64,000 nucleotides of DNA from Octopus sinensis (taxonomy: Eukaryota). Both the position numbers and the translations under genes were made by a program. Shown here one piece after another: positions 25,002 through 39,223 of the stretch (the first letter of the stretch is position 1; the number at the start of each line of letters is the position of its first letter). The stretch lies in contig NC_043011.1 in the NCBI RefSeq assembly GCF_006345805.1, positions 28,346,464-28,410,463 of the forward strand, read 5' to 3'. The notes below the pieces were generated by a model that saw only the letters and a program-made list of their open reading frames with translations, did not search any database and was not told the origin of the DNA.

Positions 25002-25039
25002 TTTACATTTCCTTGCCTGCATCATTCTTCTTAGTATGT

Positions 25040-25480
25040 AAATCTGCCTATGTTACGAGAAGAGTAACTTTCCTTTAGATCATGTAGCGATTGCCGATTA
25101 TTGTCAATCTATACCTTTTTAATAATTTCATTCAGATTTCTTAATTGGTGTAGGAATGGAAAATATCCTGGTTTTATTTTGGCTTCCAGCATTGTAAGTG
25201 ACTACAAAGAGAATGGTTTCATTCGTTCTCCTCTTCAATGCAAAATTTTCTTCCTAATCAATATTGAGATGCGTTTTTCTATGATCGTATCAGGAAAACT
25301 TAATCAAGTCTTCCGAATATTTTTATCTCCGAAGGAATATTTAATTTCTTCCAACTGTATCTGTATTCTATTTCAATCTTCAACTCACATATGACGCGTC
25401 ATATTAAATGAAATGTCTCTTTCAGCATGTGGTAGATCACTAAATCTAACATCCTAGTAGCTGGAGGTATATAGTTGAGA
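25040..25480 (-). mobile_element. Old PLE thumb-domain relic
   Basis: Minus fragments LPHAERDISFNMTRH..IQLEEIKY..TILFVVTYN resemble PLE HP.H.K..IPFNLARR..RL.EL..LPFV.TYNP. Confidence 0.45.
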
Positions 25481-26745
25481 TCAGCTGTCACAATTTCATT
25501 TCCCTCAATGAATAGGATGACCTGAATGAACATGTTTTTTTTTTTCGTTAAAAACTAAACTTAAATTATTCATGAATGTTATTGATTAATATGTGAAATC
25601 TACTATGTTCCTCCGCAATTTTATTTCAAAAACTCAAGAAGACCAAGGAGATAGATTTTCAAGATTCCTTTTAAATAAGTCTTAAGTCTTAAGCCTGTTA
25701 TCAAAAGTAAACTTTAATTGGATACAGATATTTTTCTTCGAAAACATGCAGTGTTGGGGAAGTAGGATGACTTTACTGTGCCTTTCGTTTTGGAGGAATT
25801 ATTGATTGTCAGATAGAGAAGTAATTATTTTCTAGCATTAATCACAATATTCCTTCACTGAATTCTTTCAGGTATCACTCGTGAATTTTTGTAAGTATTT
25901 ATCAATCATGAATTCAAGTATCTCCTGTTCTCTCTTCTGTAGGTTATCATCAAAATTAACGTGGATGGTTTCCATGTGTACTCTTTCCAGAATCTAATTT
26001 ACAATGTACACAAAAAATCTGATAAAATTAGGCACCAATTTGCATTGTAATTTTCATATAATATCCTGTAGACTGCTTAATCGTGAGGAGTTCGTTGCCG
26101 ATCCTACAACAATTAGGCGTAATGCAAATTCGGACTATTTGGTAGCATTTCTGTATATAAATGAAACAAATGTAAACTATTATGAAATTCGAAATAATGT
26201 ACTTCATCTAAGGGTCGGTAATACATACAAGTTATTAGATTTACCTTGGAATATAATCTATAATATAGCTCATTTGCAGTTAAACTGCTCTTCAATATGT
26301 CAATTTACTTTAAAATTTTCAATTTTGTTCGTTTATCTGTGCTGAAATTTTCAACCAGCTATAGGCTAAAATAGGTTATTTTCCACATAAGGATTTGACA
26401 CGAACTGAATCAAAGACATAATTAAAGAGAAAACAATTCTATATCCATTAAGAGTAAAACTTCATAACTAATAGCTGTTTTACTTGCATGTACAAATTTT
26501 ATACTCGTAATACAGAAAATTATGAAAAGATGGATTTACAAGGACTTATCAACTGTTCGGTGAATAAAGTTGAATAAATGAACGGATGATGGATTTCAAA
26601 CGAGCATTTTCTAACCAATGAAATTTCAATGAATGAGAATTTTTTTGCTTATATCTTATCACGGTACATTTCTACGTCTGTCATTTGAATAATTGGCGAC
26701 GTGAAACTTAGATTCATTGTTTAAAAAGCTTCAAATATTAATATA

Positions 26746-27562
26746 TGTCTGTTTTGGCACAGAACGCTGGGGTTAGTTTTTCAAATTACATTTGTCGGAA
26801 CGATCGCACTGACGAAACTACGGACATTTGGATTATGTAAGTAATTCTTTTGTTAATAGTTGAAACCGCCGGTATGTGATTAATTCTGTTTTTTTTATAT
26901 AATTTTCATATGTCTTGCCCGCCTAATTGTTCTGGAGTTTCGCTGAATTTTCCTCTAGAGAACATTCTTTGTAGTTTGATCGTTGGTGATCTATTTCTAG
27001 CATGCGGCCAACTACCTAGTGGTCTTGGCCTTTGAATATACACATGTATTAGAATTTTCTCTGATTTTTCAGAATTTTGTATGCTAGGCTACTGGTTTTA
27101 AATTGATATTAATTTATCTCCCTCATTATTTAAATATTGAAATTAATATGTTCTCTAATAGACAGCACTAACCGCAGTAAATTATTTACTGCAGTTCTTC
27201 GCTTTCGGAATTTTTAGCGCGCCAGAACTAAGACATTTGAAATTATCCCTAATGTAATCGGTAAAACTAAACACGTGTCTGTTTTGACACAGAAAGCTGT
27301 GGTTAGTTTTTTTCAAATTACATTTGTCGGAACGATCGCACTGACGAAACTACGGACATTTGGATTATGTAAGTAATTCTTTTGTTAATAGTTGAAACCG
27401 CCGGTATGTGATTAATTCTGCTCTTTTATATAATTTTCATCTGTCTTGCCCGCCTAATTGTTCTGGTGTTTCGCTGAATTTTCCTCTAGAGAACATTCTT
27501 TGTAGTTTGATCGTTGGTGATCTATTTCTAGCATACGGCCGACTACCTAGCGGTCTTGCCCT

Positions 27563-27570
<8 letters not shown>
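26746..27570 (+). repeat. ~295-bp direct duplication (26746-27040 / 27277-27570)
   Basis: Near-identical copies offset by ~531 bp; each has CAG|..|GTAAGT and TTTTCCTCTAG splice-like signals. Confidence 0.85.
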
Positions 27571-27611
<41 letters not shown>

Positions 27612-27694
27612 ATATATACATATATATATACACCTGCATATACGTGAAAATTATATACGTGAATAAATATATCCCTGTATATATGTATCTCTCA

Positions 27695-27725
<31 letters not shown>

Positions 27726-27898
27726 TTTCTCTAATCGCTATATATCTCTTCTATCTCTCTCACTCTCTCACTCGCTCTCTTTCTGTATCCCTCCCCTCTC
27801 TCTCTCCCTCAATCTCTTTCTCTTTCTCTCTTTATATATAAGTATATACATATATATAATACACATATGTATATGGCCATGTTGTTCGAATTCCACTG

Positions 27899-28018
<120 letters not shown>

Positions 28019-28548
28019 TGTGTTTGTGTGTATAAGATTTTATTCTGCTACTTATTTCTGTCACGATACTGGGATGATGGTGCCGTACCACCTTCAAAGC
28101 TTTACTCGACGATATCAACCCGAGGATTTACGTCAGTCTGGTACTTATTTTGACGAAGCCAATTTTCGGACGTTAATTTCCACGGCATAAATGGTCACAC
28201 AAACAACCTTTGTTTTTACTTGTCTAGCTATAAACGCATTGTCAGACACAATTCTACGCGCATTTGTATTTCTTGCAATCTGTTTCTCACATTTTCTCTC
28301 ACCCTCTTATTCTTTCATTGCATACAGACCCTTCTGTATTTCCTTATACACTTACATATATGTATCTATGCATGTATTTGTGTGATTTGTGATTGTTCGT
28401 GCGTGTTTAAAAAGCTTCAGATCTTAATATACGAACGCGGCATTGTAAAACTTACTACTATAGCACCAGTAATATATGTATATATGCATGTCCATTTGTA
28501 AGTGTGTGTGTGTTTGTACGTGTGTGTTGCATGTATATCTGTATGTAC

Positions 28549-28957
28549 TTACTCTTTTACTCTTTTACGTGTTTCAGTCATATGACTGTGGCCATGCTGA
28601 GGCACTGACTTTAGTCGAACAAATCGGCCCCAGGACTAATTCTTTGCAAGCCTAGTACTTATTCCATCGGTCTCTTTTGCCGAACCGCTAAGTTACGGGG
28701 ACATAAACACACCAGCATCGGTTGTCAAGCGATGTTGGGGGGACAAACATAGACACGCAAACATATACACACATATACATATATACATATATACGACGGG
28801 CTTCTTTCAGTTTCCGTCTACCAAATCCACTCACAAGGCTTTGGTCGGCTCGAGACTATAATAGAAGACACTTGCCCAAGGTGCCACGCAGTGGGACTGA
28901 ACCCGGGATCATGTGATTGGTAAGCAAGCTACTTACCACACAGCCACTCCTACGCCT
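28549..28957 (-). mobile_element. SINE family A, full length
   Basis: tRNA-like head (GGCGTAGGAGTGGCTGTGTGGTAAG..GGGTTCAGTCCCACTG), internal (TA/TG) tract, tail ending GACTGAAACACGTAAAAGAGTAAAAGAG. Confidence 0.88.
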
Positions 28958-29479
28958 ATGTATGTATAAATATAATTACTGATAAATATGTTTCATACAT
29001 TTGCTGCTCCAACGTCACACCAAGAACCAACTTCAAGTTGCAACTGTCGAAACCTAGAAACTAACCCATTTGACCAGGCATATAGGATGAGCTGAGTGAT
29101 TTATGTTTAAGCTACTGCTCCAACATTGCTCCAAAATAAAATAATCAAAAAACAAAAATTATATTGGTATATGCGAAGGTGATTTTAAAATGATGTGCAA
29201 GCTACCAGTCGTCTTTCCGACACGTAGATAAAAAAACGAAACTACGAAGTTAGTTAGACATATCTGGAATCTGATGGCAAACTAAACTCTGCACAGCAAC
29301 AATTGGAGTTTCGGGGAATGATCAATGCCTTAACCTTAAGGTATGGAAGAAGTACAGACTTTGTTTAGCCGAAATTGTTGTAGATGATTATTGGTCGATT
29401 TCGCAGTTAGATTTACCTACAATACAAGATGTAGCGAAAGAAATAATCTGTGCAGTGAATTTGGAGGTTTTAGTCCGAA

Positions 29480-30950
29480 AATGGACAGGAAACAGAGAGC
29501 ACGTGACGTTAAACTTGATGCTTTAAAATGGGTTGATGCGGGAGCCATTTTACCAAATCATTAAAGCCCAATGTCTACAGTGTAAAAATACTTGACAGTA
29601 GAGAAAAAATTAAACCAAGTGCTGAAAAAGCAAATCTGATAGATGCTCACATTTTATTTATTCAAATATTTAATGAGATATTTATAATGAGACTCTTTGT
29701 GTATGGATCAGAGATAGGATTCAACGTATTGTGCCGATAGACACGATAGCAATAAACAAAAGCCAAATGTTTTTATGATGATTTGCAGAAAAAGGTGAAA
29801 CTTCTAATGAAAATCATTTTCCCTCCTAGTAAAGGCTGGTCTGAAAGGTTAAGAGACGCTTATATATTCACAACATAAAAGCTGACAGATGAAGCTTCAG
29901 TACTGATAGACAAGTTGCTACTAATTATGCCGAGAAGCTGTAAAAATTATTACTGGACAGATATACACACCAGAACGATATTGACGAAAATTTTTTTTTT
30001 TCTGAAAGCTCATTCCTACGATAAGTTTCGTTTTTCGAAAATAAAAATCCAACAACTGGATTTTAAAATCTCTGATACTTCTGCAAAGAAGAAATGTCGC
30101 TGATAAAATGGAAATGAAATTCCTAATCATGTGTCTCTCTGAAATCCATGAGCTTTGAAGGATTACGCAAAATTTAATCTATTTCTGTTTTGGCGTTCAA
30201 AGAATATGGCATGGATAACTAAAATGGTTTTACAAAGAGTGATTAACACACACATCCTCTGTTCTGCCGTAGAAAGGTACAGTGCCAGACACAATATATA
30301 CAACGATGCTTTCCCCATTTTAGACATGGCTCAAAGCCTCCTCCCTACAGTGAATTTAAACGGCTTTTCTAATAATATGAGAACCTCTCTACTCCAGCCA
30401 ATGTATCACGGTGTAATATCTAATGTAAGAAACAATCATATGGAAGCAGTTAATAGACAAGGTATATCTTGAGCTTGTGATTTCTTGAAAACCTTTGATA
30501 TAATGGATATTGCGGATAACATAGTTCAGCCTTGGGATAAAGAAAGACTCTTAGTATTGAATGGTGCTTGGAAATATATGACCAGAATGTGCCGATGACT
30601 TTACTTAATTTCCACAAATATGTAGTCTACACTGAATTCAAGAAAGTATTGTGACACTTGCAAATGAAGAAACCATAGAGAATGATGTGGTTAATTTGCA
30701 TGAGTCACATAGAGAAAGTTTATCTTACGAACAAGCTGAGAATGCAAAAGGGGTCACGGAAGTTCTACAACCTCGACGTAAATTGACCGCAAAGAATATT
30801 GTTAAAGAGGTGGCACTTATAGATGAAGGTTAGCAGGATTTTCTTCATAACCATCCTAATCATGAACGTAACATGAAAATTGCAAGAGAAGTTACCTACA
30901 CTGCGCTATAAAAAATATGATGATCCATAAACGTCAAGCAAGATCTTCGC
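29480..30950 (+). mobile_element. Tigger/pogo transposase relic
   Basis: Fragments KLDALK..SKGWSERL..IHNIK..YTPE..ALKDYAKFNLFLFWRSKNMAWITK..AVERY..ILDMA (CENP-B HTH plus DDE_1), many frameshifts. Confidence 0.75.
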
Positions 30951-31589
30951 TCATTAAGCAGATGGCGATGATGAAATATAAGATGGAAGATAGTGTCCTT
31001 CATTCTTCCAGTAAGTCTCATTCCACTACTATCATCCCTCACACAATAGTCAATATCTTTTCTTGTAAGAACGCATATTATTACGATATTGCAAATAAAA
31101 TTTATCCCCTAACGTATTTGTTTTCAAATATTTCAATGTACACATATTGTAATCGATATACGTTTAGAAAATTATATTTCCAATTATAAAAATGGTCATG
31201 TGACTTGTTTGTTGTTGTGGTTTCTTTTTTTTTTCGAAAACATCCGTCTAATGCATTATCAGCTTATGAAATGAAACTGAGTGGCACAAATGGAATAAGA
31301 AAGGGAAAAATTAAAAGTATAAAGATATTAAATCATCGAGAGAAATAGAAACAGAATTACTTCAACAAGGAAACAACGAAAAGGAAAGCAAGGGGAGGTA
31401 AGCAACAAAATATGGGGGAAAGGGAGTAAGAAAACGTTGTTCACTGCGATTCAAGTGGTATGTTTAGCAACGCCTCGGAGCAATGAGGCAAGCGAAGCTG
31501 CGCTGGTATTACGATGTCGCAATCTGTTTGAATGTAGATCTGCATTTGATGTCGTCCATTGCGTTGGACATCTGTATTCTGGGAGATGG

Positions 31590-31755
31590 CAAGGGATTCA
31601 ACGATCTAATTGTCCAGATGTGACTCCAGCTACAGGAGCAACATGAAATGAAGTGTTTTGTTCAAGAACACAACACATCGTTCACACCCCGGAATCACAA
31701 CCACAATCTTAAGATCATTATTCCATCACCCTAATCACTAAGTTAGGTGCATCCT
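31590..31755 (-). mobile_element. Degenerate SINE head (same head/core as 24750-25001)
   Basis: GGAGCAACATGAAATGAAGTGTTTTGTTCAAG...ACCACAATCTT..GATCAT..ACCCTAATCACTAAG. Confidence 0.65.
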
Positions 31756-31844
31756 CATGCACACGTGCACACACACTCACACACACAAACGTGCACACAC
31801 ACTCACACACACAAACACGCTTACATAAAATATGTTATTATTCT

Positions 31845-32201
31845 TTTATTCTTTTGCTTGTTTCAGCCATTTGACTGTCGCGATGCTAGAACACTATCTT
31901 TAGTCGTACAAATCGACCCCAGGACTTATTCTTTTTATGTCTAATACTTATTTTTCGGTTTCTTTTACCGAAGAAATGAGAACGCAAACACACCAACATC
32001 TAAGCATCGGTGGTGGTGGGGGAGACAAAGACACACAAACATATATGAAAAGTGAGTAGATTTGGTAGACGGAAACGGAAAGTCCGTCGTATATATATAT
32101 ATAGTAGAAGACATTTGACCAAGGTGACACGCTGTGGGACTGAACCCGGAACCATGTTGTTGGGAAGCAAGCTTCTTACCCACACGGCCACGCCTGCGCC
32201 T
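31845..32201 (-). mobile_element. SINE family A, rearranged
   Basis: Family head and tail on the minus strand. The central block GTGAGTAGATTTGGTAGACGGAAAC..CCGTCGTATAT (~32051-32100) is inverted relative to the consensus. Confidence 0.75.
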
Positions 32202-32697
32202 ATGTATGTAAATATGGGTGTATATATATATGTGTCCATATACCACCAAGCTAAAATGTATCAATATATCATCCATAATTAAGTATTTATAATAGAAAAA
32301 TATGGCAGAAAAAAGTTTTCAAGTATAAAAATAATTGAAACGAGCAGATGGCTGTCAAAATAGTGAAGCATTGTTTCAGCTTATATAAACAAAAGAAAGG
32401 CAGAAGAGGAAAATATATGAAGGAGAAAATATTTCATGAATATACATCTGTATTTCTTAAAAAAAAGTTCGAAGTATACATATAAGCAAATATATACATT
32501 TATGCATACATAAATGCATATAATTATGCATATATGCACATACACAGGCACAAGAAAATATGTGCGATACATATGTGTGTGTGTGTATGCATATGTGTGT
32601 ATAGCTCTCTGTATGGTTATATATATATAATTGTAACAGATTTTCTTGTTGTATCAGTTCTACACACCTTTTTAAACGACACACATACAGACACTCA

Positions 32698-32758
<61 letters not shown>

Positions 32759-32851
32759 GCATGCATGCATATATAATATCATATAATATATGTGCATAAA
32801 TATGCAAAATCAGGTAGGTTTATGAATAATTCTATAAATCCGTTAAGTCTT

Positions 32852-32885
<34 letters not shown>

Positions 32886-33559
32886 TGTATGTATGTATGC
32901 ATGTATGCATGTATGCATGTTTGTATGTATATATGCATATATGCATATAGAAACACTGGAAGCGTCAAATGTGCTTCGAATTTTATAGACAAGGATATAA
33001 TAGTGTGAACGCAGCGATGCATATACCAGCAATGCATCCCGGCGTTGCCCTGATGTTATGACCTACAGCCGCATTGTATCATTTTTTCCTTTCTTTTAGG
33101 CAGAATCGGCACATGAGGAGTATCGAGCAAACAGCTCTTCTTTATAAACATGTTTTTTGGTCAATTTCTCATGGAGAATGCAGAAAATTTTGACACCAAA
33201 AACATGTACAAGTCCAGCTTAGATTAAAAGGAGATTGTAACATTGCCTCCAAAATGACCTCAAAATTTTGCGACCCAGCCTCGTTTTGGTGTTAATTTTT
33301 GTAGTCAAATAGGGCTGCTGTGCAAAAACTTATTATACGCTGGTATCCGAAAGATTGATCAATCTTTTGGTATCTCATACAGCAATATTGACAACTTAGT
33401 TCCGTGGCTACACATTGGGAAATGTAGGAGCTTAAATTGTCCTTACTCGTCCCATAATATTTGTTGATAACTGTGAGCAACACACATACGTTAGCTTCTC
33501 CAATGAAAAAGTCATGTACAAAAGTATAATGGTTTTCCGCAAGCATTTTTATATCGGTT

Positions 33560-34100
33560 TATATCAATGTTGAGGCCAAGAGAATAAAAAAGGGGCATTT
33601 TGGTCTGTATGTATATGTACATATACAAGGATATGAGTAAACAGGGTTAGTAATGTAGGCAGTTTGGCATAAATGTATAGGGACTCTGTGCTTCTTGAAA
33701 ATGAATGGTTTATGCTGGTATGCAGAGATGGAGCAGCAGTAATGGTCCGATGCGTGGCTTGATGGCTGATGAACGGTGAAAGCCTCAGAAATGAATAAAA
33801 GTATATTAATAAGTTGCACGAGAAAAGGACTTTATTTAGCTTTTGAGTGCAAACATGCAAAAGTAAGCAACGAGACTTGAGGATGTAAAGAAATTGGTGC
33901 CAAATGAGGCCACAGAAGTATCCGTATTGCAGAAGGTAAGGTATATGGAAAGAAATTTGCTTCATTGTGAAAAGCGCCATCTCTGTAACGTTTGGGCAGA
34001 CTGTGCACTTCAGCAAATGTTCACTGAATCCGAGAATGCCAGTGTTGGTAGAATATATATACACGAGACACTTGCAATATATGACAACACGGCCAAGAAG
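33560..34100 (+). pseudogene. Degenerate hAT (Charlie/Buster-like) transposase fragment
   Basis: CRDGAAVMV (cf. CTDGAAAM.G), LFS..ANMQS..DL (frameshifted) and GKV resemble hAT motifs in order; very eroded. Confidence 0.4.
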
Positions 34101-34803
34101 GATCTCATGTATATTTATTCTACCTACACTGAAGAGGGCAAAACATTTTGTCATATATTGTAAGTATGCAAAATTTCCTTTGCCAGGAAAATTGGAAGAA
34201 TGACACAATACACACTCTCTCTTTATTTCTAACAAATCAGACCCCTGTTTTTTTTTTCCAAGATAAAAGAGTGACCCCTGGCGAGATCATAATCACATTG
34301 AAATTTGGAGTTTCAATACTATATTCGCAAAAGTCTAAAGGTATATTACAGACAATTTATTTTCATAACATAATTCTCTGCAAGTAAATGTTTTGTTTTT
34401 TTTTCGCAACAGTTTAAACGTATGCTAGAGATAATTTATTTTAATAACATAATTTTCTGTTAATAAATAATTTTCTCTTCCACAAACACGCAACAATTTT
34501 GATTTCGAATTTTAAAAATTATTTTGAAATTATAAACAAAACGAATGACAGAATTGGACTGTCCATATAAAAAAAAAACGAATTTGTTTTTTAAAAATCG
34601 AAAGACAGTGTAAAGTTTTGGAATTAGGGGGGGGGGATATTTTTAAAATTCGTATTAATTCCATTATGCAGAAGACAGGATCGTAAAAAATTTGTGGAAA
34701 TTCTTAAGAATATAAACGTTATGAGGAGTTTTAATACGGGATTCGATCAGAACTCCGCCGACCTTTATTTATTTTGTAATTCATGTTTGTGATATAGTCT
34801 TAA

Positions 34804-35015
34804 CCCTTTCATTACTATATTTATTTTGAGATGCTTTGTGTTTCTTTCAATTATAATAAAAAATTTAGTAAAATAACTTAGTTATCATTAAGCTAGTGTT
34901 AGGAACATCAATTGTGACTAAGGTTCGGTGGAAGATTTTAATTCAAAACTTATGAAAACAAAACATTTGTATTACAGAGCCAGAGCCAGTTTCAGCCAGG
35001 TTGGTAGTGAAAGGG
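34804..35015. mobile_element. piggyBac-type MITE
   Basis: TTAA|CCCTTTCATTACTA...TGGTAGTGAAAGGG|TTAA; 14-bp TIR with 2 mismatches and TTAA TSD. Confidence 0.88.
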
Positions 35016-35906
35016 TTAAAAGGAAGTTTTTTTCAGAAATCGTGTAGTGTGGTTGTTGTTTCTAGCATGTCGGAGTTGACATTTGCGCCATCCCCCCCAC
35101 CACCACCTTTTTACCGAACTTTCTTCGGGTTCCTGTGCTTTGGACATTGGAGATTCGGATTTCGCCCCCAAAATTTAATTTTTTCCCCTTCACCCTCCTA
35201 ATTTTTAAATTTTTAACTTTATTCGAATTTCTTTCTTGCAATCAACGTAGAAAAATACAGAGATTACGAATCCTTAAGAACTTGTTTTTCAATTTTTTCT
35301 TAACGGACCACTCAAATCCCTTCCCCAACCTCCCCACTTTCAAAAAGCTAAAAACTCCGCATGTTTCACTTTTAGCTTTTCTGAAAGCGGGGTCGTTTTT
35401 TCAGAAATAATGTCATTTAGCTGTTGTTTTTAGCAAGTCGGATTTTCTGGTAGTGGTTTGATATTTTTGACATCTGTTATTTTAGTAGAATTCTACGCAT
35501 GCGTGAAACATCAGACGAAATTGAAACATTCGCAGTTTTTAGCTCATTGAAAGTGGGGAGGTGATTGGTGGGGGAGGTTGGGGAGGTGGGGGAGGTTGGG
35601 GAGGTGGGGGAGGTTGGGTGTTTCTTTAAGAAAAATTAAGATTTAGAAAAAGATTCCCTGATTCGTAATTTTTGTATTTTTCAACGTCGATTAAAAAAAA
35701 TTGGGAAAAAAAGTTAAAAATCAAGAAATTGGGGAAGAGAGGGGGAATTAAAATTTTGAAAGCGGGATTTTGGGGCAAAATCGTATTCTCCTATATAAAA
35801 AACAAAAATCCGAAGAAATTTTTTTTTAGGGAAAAAAAAAAGCATAAATGGGTGGTACAGAACCTGCTAATAATTGTGCCAGAAAAGTATGGTTTTTGGA
35901 AAGAGG

Positions 35907-36305
35907 GTTTTACTCTTTTACTTGTTTCAGTCATTTGACTGTGGCCATGCTGGAGCACCGCGCTTAGTCGAGCAAATCGACCCCAAGACTTACTCTTTGT
36001 AAGCCTAGTACTTATAATATCGGTCTCTTTTGCCGAGCCGCTAAGTTACGGGAACATAAACACACAAGCATCGGTTGTCAAGCGATGTTGGTGGGACAAA
36101 CACAGACACACAAACATATTCACACACACGTACATATACATATATATACATATATACGACGGGCTTCTTTCAGTTTCCGTCTACCAAATCCACTCACAAG
36201 GCTTTGGTTGGCCCGAGCCTATAGTAGTAGAAAGTTGCCCAAGGTGCCACGCAGTGGGACTGAACTCGGAAGCAAGATACGCACCACACAGCCGCTCCTA
36301 CGCCT
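35907..36305 (-). mobile_element. SINE family A, near full length
   Basis: Colinear with 28549-28957 apart from a small deletion in the head. Confidence 0.88.
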
Positions 36306-36635
36306 GCATTACAAATGCTCTCATAACACTCCTTGTACATTGCTGCATATTTTGACACCAAAAAACATTAAAATTGGCTGTGTAGATTAGAAGTAAATCA
36401 GAATATTACCCGAAAATAACATCAAAACTGTGCAACGTTCACCTGGTTAACGGGGTTATTTTTGTAGGAAAAAAATTTTGCTGTGCAAAACACATACTTT
36501 ATTTGGAAGCTGAAAGATTACTGAATCTTTTGATACCCCATACGTCAAAATCAGCAACTCGGTTTTCGAATCCATAAAGAAGATACGCACCACACAGAGA
36601 CAAACACACGCACGCACAAACCCTGTTTTATATAC

Positions 36636-36676
<41 letters not shown>

Positions 36677-36744
36677 CATATATATATATATACACGTGTA
36701 TGTGCGTGCGTGTGTGTGTGTGTGTGATTTTATGTATCTGTATT

Positions 36745-36870
36745 GATAAAGTCACGTTACGTGATCACGTGAGCTACAAGATTATTAGATGCTGTTACAC
36801 TTCACTGGGTACAATGCGCTTCACATCGTTTTACCTCCGAACAATCCCATGCAGCCGCCAACAATCTCTT
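36745..36870 (-). mobile_element. SINE tail 3 fragment
   Basis: Diverged reverse complement of the tail of the 49188-49492 SINE, ending CACGTGATCACGT. Confidence 0.6.
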
Positions 36871-36903
36871 CTGATCGAAAGGAGACATACACAGACAACT
36901 ACA

Positions 36904-36975
<72 letters not shown>

Positions 36976-37137
36976 ATATGTATATACATTTATCGTTTTA
37001 TTACTTAAATAGTCTATAGGAATATATTTGTAAACCGTTATACATTTTAACAATATTTGTATTGCTTCTATTAATATACATTTCTGGCAATTTTGCGTAT
37101 ACATATATGTATATTTATGTATTATTTATGTATGTAT

Positions 37138-37168
<31 letters not shown>

Positions 37169-37379
37169 CTTACATGCATTAATAAATAAATACATACATA
37201 CACTGATACGCACGTACATACATATATATGTATATACAAACATACGTACATACATATATACATACATGCATTCACCCTAAATTCAATATTTTTTAATCAA
37301 GTTGCCGATAACTCGCATAAAGTGTTTCACAAATACACATTTTGATATTATTTAAGAACTATCTATCTATCTACACATC

Positions 37380-37503
<124 letters not shown>

Positions 37504-39223
37504 AATACATACAGACGTATGTACAACTGTTTGAATCTATATATGCTTGTGTATGAGTGTGTGTGTGTGTGTGTATAAATAATGTGTGGTTAAATATACA
37601 CATAGATATGCATATATGTTGGTAAATATATGGCATCAATATTTACTTACATATACATATATGTATACACGTATATATGGATGTATATGTATATACTTAT
37701 ATATAGAGAGATATAGATATATAGATGTATGCATATGATTTATTGTATATTGGTATGTATTTTTTATGTAAATAAAATCTTTCGCTTTTGTTTTATTAAT
37801 GTTCTGATTCTTTCTGCTATAAAATAACCTTTTCCGCGACAAAGCTTGATCGATTATTAATAAATTATATCTTTATATTGGAAGTTGTCGTTGAGGGTTA
37901 TATTTTGGGTTACAGTATCTAAAAATACGATTTGATGGCGCATTTTATGCTACATGTTTTAAAGGTTTTTAGGAAATTTTCGATTTTTTTTCCCACAGAA
38001 CTTGTTTCTTATTCAAGCATAAGCGTATATAGTATGTGAGTATTATTGAAGAAATGTAAACCTTGATATATTTTTTTTCAATAACGTTTTTAATACATTT
38101 GAGAAAAACATAAATATCATTTAATAATATATCTTTTAACATCACTTTGTTATCTTATGTTTACATAGGAAATATATAAACTGGTGACTTGTTTAATCCC
38201 GTATCAAACACTGATCAAAATATTTAATATTTAATAACACTCCTTCTCGTCTTTTAATCGTTTTTATTCGAATGCAGTTCGATAACACTCGACAGGGCCT
38301 CCGGGCCTGCCGGGAGAGGAGGACGGAACGTATTCTCAAACTGTAGATAAATATGTAAGTTAATGGACTACGCTAAAGGCATGCAAGCCGACACGTGTGA
38401 TAGATAAAATCAGTCACATAATTAGTTCATGGCGGGATTTGAACTCAGGAATCAATGTGCAAGGTCAAATACCACAGGCGCCTAGTTTGATGTTTTTACA
38501 GCACCATCAATCCATCGCTCTGTATATTTATTGATCCTGAATTGGATCGATATTTAGCCTAAATTGCCAACATTGAGATTTCAGCTCGGAAGGCAAAGAT
38601 TCAGAATAAATGCCGCGAAGCATTCTGTCCGTGCTTCTGACGACTTTGCCATATCTGCCTTATATCTAAATCTCACTTTACACTGCATATTCCAATACAT
38701 CCTTCCTTTGGGATTTCTTTCGATATAGGTTTTGAAAAGCTGCTAGATGATTTTGCGTTCCGTAGGTGAGCCTTGTTAACTCAGAGAGTTAGCTTAGAGG
38801 TTTCACTTTCGACTTGGAGCGATCATGTTACAGCTCTCCACTGGCTCGAAGCGATTCGAAGGTTCTCCGGGGAAAGTACCTTTTTCATCGAGTCTCTTTC
38901 ACGGACTATAGGTTCTATTTTCCGTTCTAAAAATTTCACTGCAGTTGTGGCAAATATAAAAGATTATACACCATTGACTTGATAGTAGTTTGATGTACTC
39001 AAGGAGAAAAGGAAATGCATCTAAAACGGGAAAATATTCAATGTGATTTTCAAAGATAATATATCCAGGAAGTTAAAATATTGGACTACCTAGTCATAGA
39101 CATCAAGCAAATTTACTGCTAAGTATTTTGAAACTCACCTGCATGAGATCGCTTGACATCAAGAAACCAGACTTCGGTTACTCCACTCAGTATCCGGTCA
39201 GGGAATACGAAGAATTTACATAC

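Larger units (their letters stand above)
33026..36638 (-). mobile_element. Putative composite non-autonomous Helitron
   Basis: 5' A|TCTGTATATAAAAC at 36638 with a Helitron-like subterminus. 3' hairpin GGGCAACGCCGGG..CTGG|T at 33026 resembles the end of the 42583 Helitron. Sub-terminal similarity between 33185-33275 and 36345-36440. Confidence 0.5.

Noticed and set aside
26809-26818. CTGACGAAAC as a hammerhead core (also in the duplicate)
   Set aside because: CUGANGA and GAAA overlap, with no stem II or stem I.
33564-34235. 223-aa minus-strand ORF
   Set aside because: No recognisable domain; antisense to a probable hAT relic.
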